Of a DNA stretch of 64,000 nt, positions 61,501-64,000 are shown piece after piece; position 1 is the first letter of the stretch; the number at the start of each line of letters is the position of its first letter. A program made the translations under genes and the position numbers. Source of the stretch: Phycisphaerae bacterium (GTDB lineage Bacteria > Planctomycetota > Phycisphaerae > UBA1845); assembly GCA_963666835.2 (NCBI GenBank), contig CAXXGO010000001.1:160001-224000 (forward strand), in the 5' to 3' direction. Under the pieces are notes generated by a model that was not told the DNA's origin, made no database searches, and saw only the letters and a list, made by a program, of their open reading frames with translations.

Positions 61501-61770
61501 ACCATCTCGCAACCGGGCGTGAAGTACTGGGCCGACGTGGTGGGGGATTTCTCCGAAACATGGACTGCGCCCAACGGTATCGTCAATATGAGCGACCTCC
61601 AGGCGGTTTTGCAGAGTTTCTCCGGGGCGGCTACCGCACCACCGCTGACCTGGGCCGACCTGGACGGCGAAGTGCCAAACGCAATCGTGAACATGACCGA
61701 CGTGCAACAGGCCGTGGGCGGGTTCAAAGGCGAGCCCTATCCGTTCAGCGATCCGGCGGATTGCCCATAA
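58510..61770 (+). CDS. Secreted C10 (streptopain/SpeB-family) cysteine peptidase with prodomain, DCN/TSP3-like Ca-binding repeats and dockerin-like C-terminus
   Basis: WHQSSPYY, VGCVATAASQLLRYH (catalytic Cys), HAIVCDG (His), YHMNYGWGG; repeated DCNxNxxPDEC and DxDxDG motifs; GGAGG SD before GTG. Confidence 0.9.
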   Translation: MRRVSHSKVPVVLVLTALTVAAARGEVATQQEATQVCQNWLTYATAQNGGWAKASQPEITGIQDIIANDGSTVLGRCFSIAPSGFVIVPILKELPPVKAYSDRCNLDVTQTGGIAQLVRELLEDRVRLFKERYGSLAAVQPARAEALFGQRHRQRWEQLLVSSDQFDPNLGRESEGTFAQAGPMLTSNWHQSSPYYNSCPYGDGDQTIVGCVATAASQLLRYHEWPPNGVGNHSYYWDGDDSCGASAPYPGAGIVSADFSDDYDWANMPDDCSGGCTATEEDALAELCYEVGVAYEMDYGACASGAFTMQAAVIFPRYFRYAPGIDVENRSDHTAATWFTTIQDEINAGRPMLYGISRHAIVCDGWRDTGGQDEYHMNYGWGGSQTAWFAIDDLHCTWEGCDPMVEKLARYIEPWQPADPDCNANTIPDYQDIWDGTSLDCNTNAIPDECDIADAASADCQPNGIPDECDIADLVVPETVPACDAGDDGEAWCDDLESYALGTIFGNNWAGWGEDPGAMGTVTDDQNHTPGGSKSLEIAEHDTVRLFQGYDLSESSAWILSFWVYIPSSMTGTAHFILNPDYVDGGAGTTWAMNLEMNTAAGTINSNEAFASLPLATDAWAEILLEIDFAHDSVAIYYNDVFLARHTWTNGGGSLSLSAIDLWSPDSSGHYYDDLAFYATTGVDLNGNGTPDECEDCNDNGIADAEDIAGLTSSDCNGNNTPDECEVPPIDLSGADCNGNLVPDECEPDTDGDGLINDCETDDDNDGVLDEDDTLPLNPDVCEDVDGDGCDDCAIGTDDFGPMPDNDPTADGADGDGDGLCNVGDNCNLYNPDQLDCQPNGIGDVCDIAYCTVEAWCNDCNENNVPDGCDIAAGTSTDNNADGVPDECGANPPAAAPSPHDSPKNRYVSFDPNHPGTNVAFRIELTAGDYFPGSVGTGGWVGEPDGDAISRVVDTAYFSDAWPAVVHVGDCLIGPAATYAVTATTDAVNFSDPLTVTTISQPGVKYWADVVGDFSETWTAPNGIVNMSDLQAVLQSFSGAATAPPLTWADLDGEVPNAIVNMTDVQQAVGGFKGEPYPFSDPADCP

Positions 61771-61899
61771 CGGGTGCAGTTGCGCTTCTCGCTCGCGACG
61801 AGGCGGAATATGTATCAAACGTGTTTGGCATTGATCCCGAACGAGCCGGGCGCCGGCGCGGGAGTATCTCCATCGCCCCCACAGGCGTACACCAGCGCG

Positions 61900-62240
61900 C
61901 AATGGCCCCGAAGGGGCCAGGGCGCGTAGCCACGAGTGGAGCGAAGCGCAACCCGTGGGGACGGTCGATTCTCTCGACATGCCGTCCCGAAGGGCCGGAG
62001 GATGGCAGTCTGTAGGGCAGGTCGAGGAACGAGACCTGCCGCAATGGCGCGTGTCGCGCGACGACCTGGGGACGATCGAGCCCACAAAGATGCCGTCCCC
62101 AAGGACGGCAGTTCTCGAAGCAGGCTGGAAGCCTACGCTACGGGGCGGAGGATAGCAGTGTTACGGCGCAGGCGTCCCCCACGGCGAAAGCCATGGGCCA
62201 CCCGTCCACAACTGGAGCGAAGCGCAACCCGTGGGGGCAG
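61900..62240. repeat. Mixed REP cluster
   Basis: TAGCCACGAGTGGAGCGAAGCGCAACCCGTGG; GTAG-REP at 62012; CAGGCTGGAAGCCTACGCTAC at 62121. Confidence 0.7.
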
Positions 62241-62339
62241 CCGGGAATTCAATTGAATACGGCAAGCGGGAACGCTATGCTGGCACGTAACAGGTTCGCT
62301 GATCCGCGCCCATACCACGGGCACCGGGAGAGAACGATC

Positions 62340-63713
62340 ATGTTGCGTCAAACCGTATTGAGCGTTGTTTTCGTGGTCGGCACGAGCGCTTTTGGCCAGG
62401 AGATCAGATGGCAACCGGTTAGCGCAAGCGGTACCGGGTTGGTGTTCGACATTGTCGATCACGCAGCCCTCGAGGGCACTCCGACCGAAATCCGACTGAA
62501 CCTCAGCGGCAATGACGTTGTGGTGACGTTAGAGTTGCACCTCAGCGGCTGGGGCAGCGCCCCGGGGACACCGGATCTCATCTCATACCAAGGCACGATA
62601 GACTCGACCGGCTATGACAACGGCCTGGGGGCTGCCTTGAACCCCTTCGGCTGGCCGACTCCCGATCCCGAGCTGGGGGCTTTCATTGACACGCAGCACC
62701 TTGATTTCGTCTTCCCCGAGCAACCCCTGCAGGCCGTTGCGGTGGTAACGCTTGACTACGAATGGGGCGCCATGAGCATGTCCGGCCCCACCGTGGACGA
62801 CGGTGGCATCTACTACGGCGGCACGTTGATTATCGAGATCCCTGAGGGATCGCGCGGCACGTTCACTATCGACTGGAACCCGTCGGATGCGAAGACGTTT
62901 CTGGTCGATAGCGATGCCCAACTGATCCCCGGCCTGGTGAAAACGTCCGCTCTTATCACGGTGCTCGACTGCAACGAGAACGACGTACCCGATGGTCGCG
63001 ATATCGCCGAGGGAACCAGCGAAGACTGTAACGACAATTCCGTTCCCGACGAGTGCGACGTTGCCGAGGGCACCAGCCCCGACATAAACGGCGGCGGAAT
63101 TCCCGACGAATGCGAGATCGTCCCACCGGTTGCCGCCCCGCCGGAGCACGACGTTCGCAAGAATCGCTACGTGTCCTTCTCACCGGGGAACGAGGGCTTC
63201 AGCACGGCACTTCATATCGAACTTATCGCCAGCGGGGTGTATCCCGAGTCAATTGGGCGAGCCGGCTGGCTAACCGAGCCGACCGCCGAGCACGTTTCTC
63301 GCATAGTCGCAGAACCGTACTTCAACACCGCCTGGCCCGACGTGGTCCACGTCGGCGATTGCGAGATTGCCCCTGCGGCCACATACGCGCTTCGAGTCTC
63401 GGTCAACGGCACCGGCTTTACCGACTCGCTCGAACTGGACACTATCACCCGACCATTGCCGAAAAGCTGGGCGGACGTGGTCGGCAGCTTCGGCATCCAA
63501 GGATGGTCCGCCCCCGACGGCATCGTCAACATGAGCGACATCCAAGCGGTTCTGCAGTGCTTCACCGGGTCACCATCCGCCCCCCATAGAACCTGGGTCG
63601 ACCTGGACGGCGAGGTACCGAACATGATCCTGAACATGACCGACGTCCAGCAGGCCGTCAGCGGCTTCAAAGGGCTCCCCTACCCCTTTAGCGCACCCGC
63701 CGATTGCCCCTGA
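62340..63713 (+). CDS. Secreted protein with possible cohesin-like beta-sandwich, DCN repeats and the same C-terminal domain as the C10 peptidase
   Basis: Signal peptide ending SAFG; YYGGTLIIEIPEGSRGTFTIDW; DCN repeats; KNRYVSF...WADVVG...GIVNMSDIQ...DLDGEVPN...PYPF..PADCP. Confidence 0.8.
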   Translation: MLRQTVLSVVFVVGTSAFGQEIRWQPVSASGTGLVFDIVDHAALEGTPTEIRLNLSGNDVVVTLELHLSGWGSAPGTPDLISYQGTIDSTGYDNGLGAALNPFGWPTPDPELGAFIDTQHLDFVFPEQPLQAVAVVTLDYEWGAMSMSGPTVDDGGIYYGGTLIIEIPEGSRGTFTIDWNPSDAKTFLVDSDAQLIPGLVKTSALITVLDCNENDVPDGRDIAEGTSEDCNDNSVPDECDVAEGTSPDINGGGIPDECEIVPPVAAPPEHDVRKNRYVSFSPGNEGFSTALHIELIASGVYPESIGRAGWLTEPTAEHVSRIVAEPYFNTAWPDVVHVGDCEIAPAATYALRVSVNGTGFTDSLELDTITRPLPKSWADVVGSFGIQGWSAPDGIVNMSDIQAVLQCFTGSPSAPHRTWVDLDGEVPNMILNMTDVQQAVSGFKGLPYPFSAPADCP

Positions 63714-64000
63714 CCACCTGCTGAAACCGTTACCCGTCGGGCACGAAGCCGCTTCGCCGGCGACGTCCACTTGAAACACGATCCACTTGCGTACCCGGGC
63801 GAAATCGGGCAAGGTGTTTGGTCGGTTGTGGGTGCTCCGACAAATGGAGCCGATCGGTACTCTCCGACCCTTCGCCGGGGACGGGTGTACCGCGTCGAAG
63901 GTAGCTGACGGCACGTTCGCGGAGTGATGGGAATGCCGATTGTTGATTCACGGACAGGAAAGGCGACACGCGAGTATTCAACCGCCGAGCTGCGGGAAAC

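Noticed and set aside
63730..64000. Possible 3' end of a minus-strand gene entering from the right edge
   Set aside because: The frame is open but has no recognisable motif, so no call can be supported.

Overview
High-GC bacterial chromosomal window. Gene content suggests a planctomycete, probably Phycisphaerae (inference from CxxCGYxLxGL..CPECG zinc-ribbon membrane proteins, 'GCP' lipoboxes, DCNxNGIPDEC repeats and barrel-less secretin-like proteins). From left to right: (1) the 5' part of a VWA protein, missed by the ORF track; (2) a redox cluster with a GAF protein, PAS/sigma-54 activator, thioredoxin, redoxin lipoprotein, two convergent octaheme cytochromes, ArsR and a repeat lipoprotein; (3) photolyase and a sucrose/mannosylfructose-type cluster of two GT4 enzymes, a HAD phosphatase and an HxHxQ nucleotidyltransferase; (4) lpdA, recJ and a receiver protein; (5) two ECF sigma/anti-sigma modules around a TPR-peptidase and a kinase/phosphoesterase pair; (6) an M14 carboxypeptidase reading through its sorting signal into an ankyrin protein; (7) SRAP, GspE/PilB, FHA-GAF-PP2C, nadB, tRNA-Leu(TAA) and serS; (8) two secreted proteins with a shared dockerin-like C-terminus. 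Intergenic DNA carries many REP-like repeats and tandem arrays, but no CRISPR array or transposase. The best candidate for an undescribed system is at 31.2-34.3 kb: an ECF sigma/anti-sigma/periplasmic sensor operon divergent from a secreted protein with a ~39-Cys metallothionein-like tail. A CCGCAGG-N16/17-CGTT promoter-like motif occurs there three times. All assignments come from motif recognition by eye; no database searches were run.
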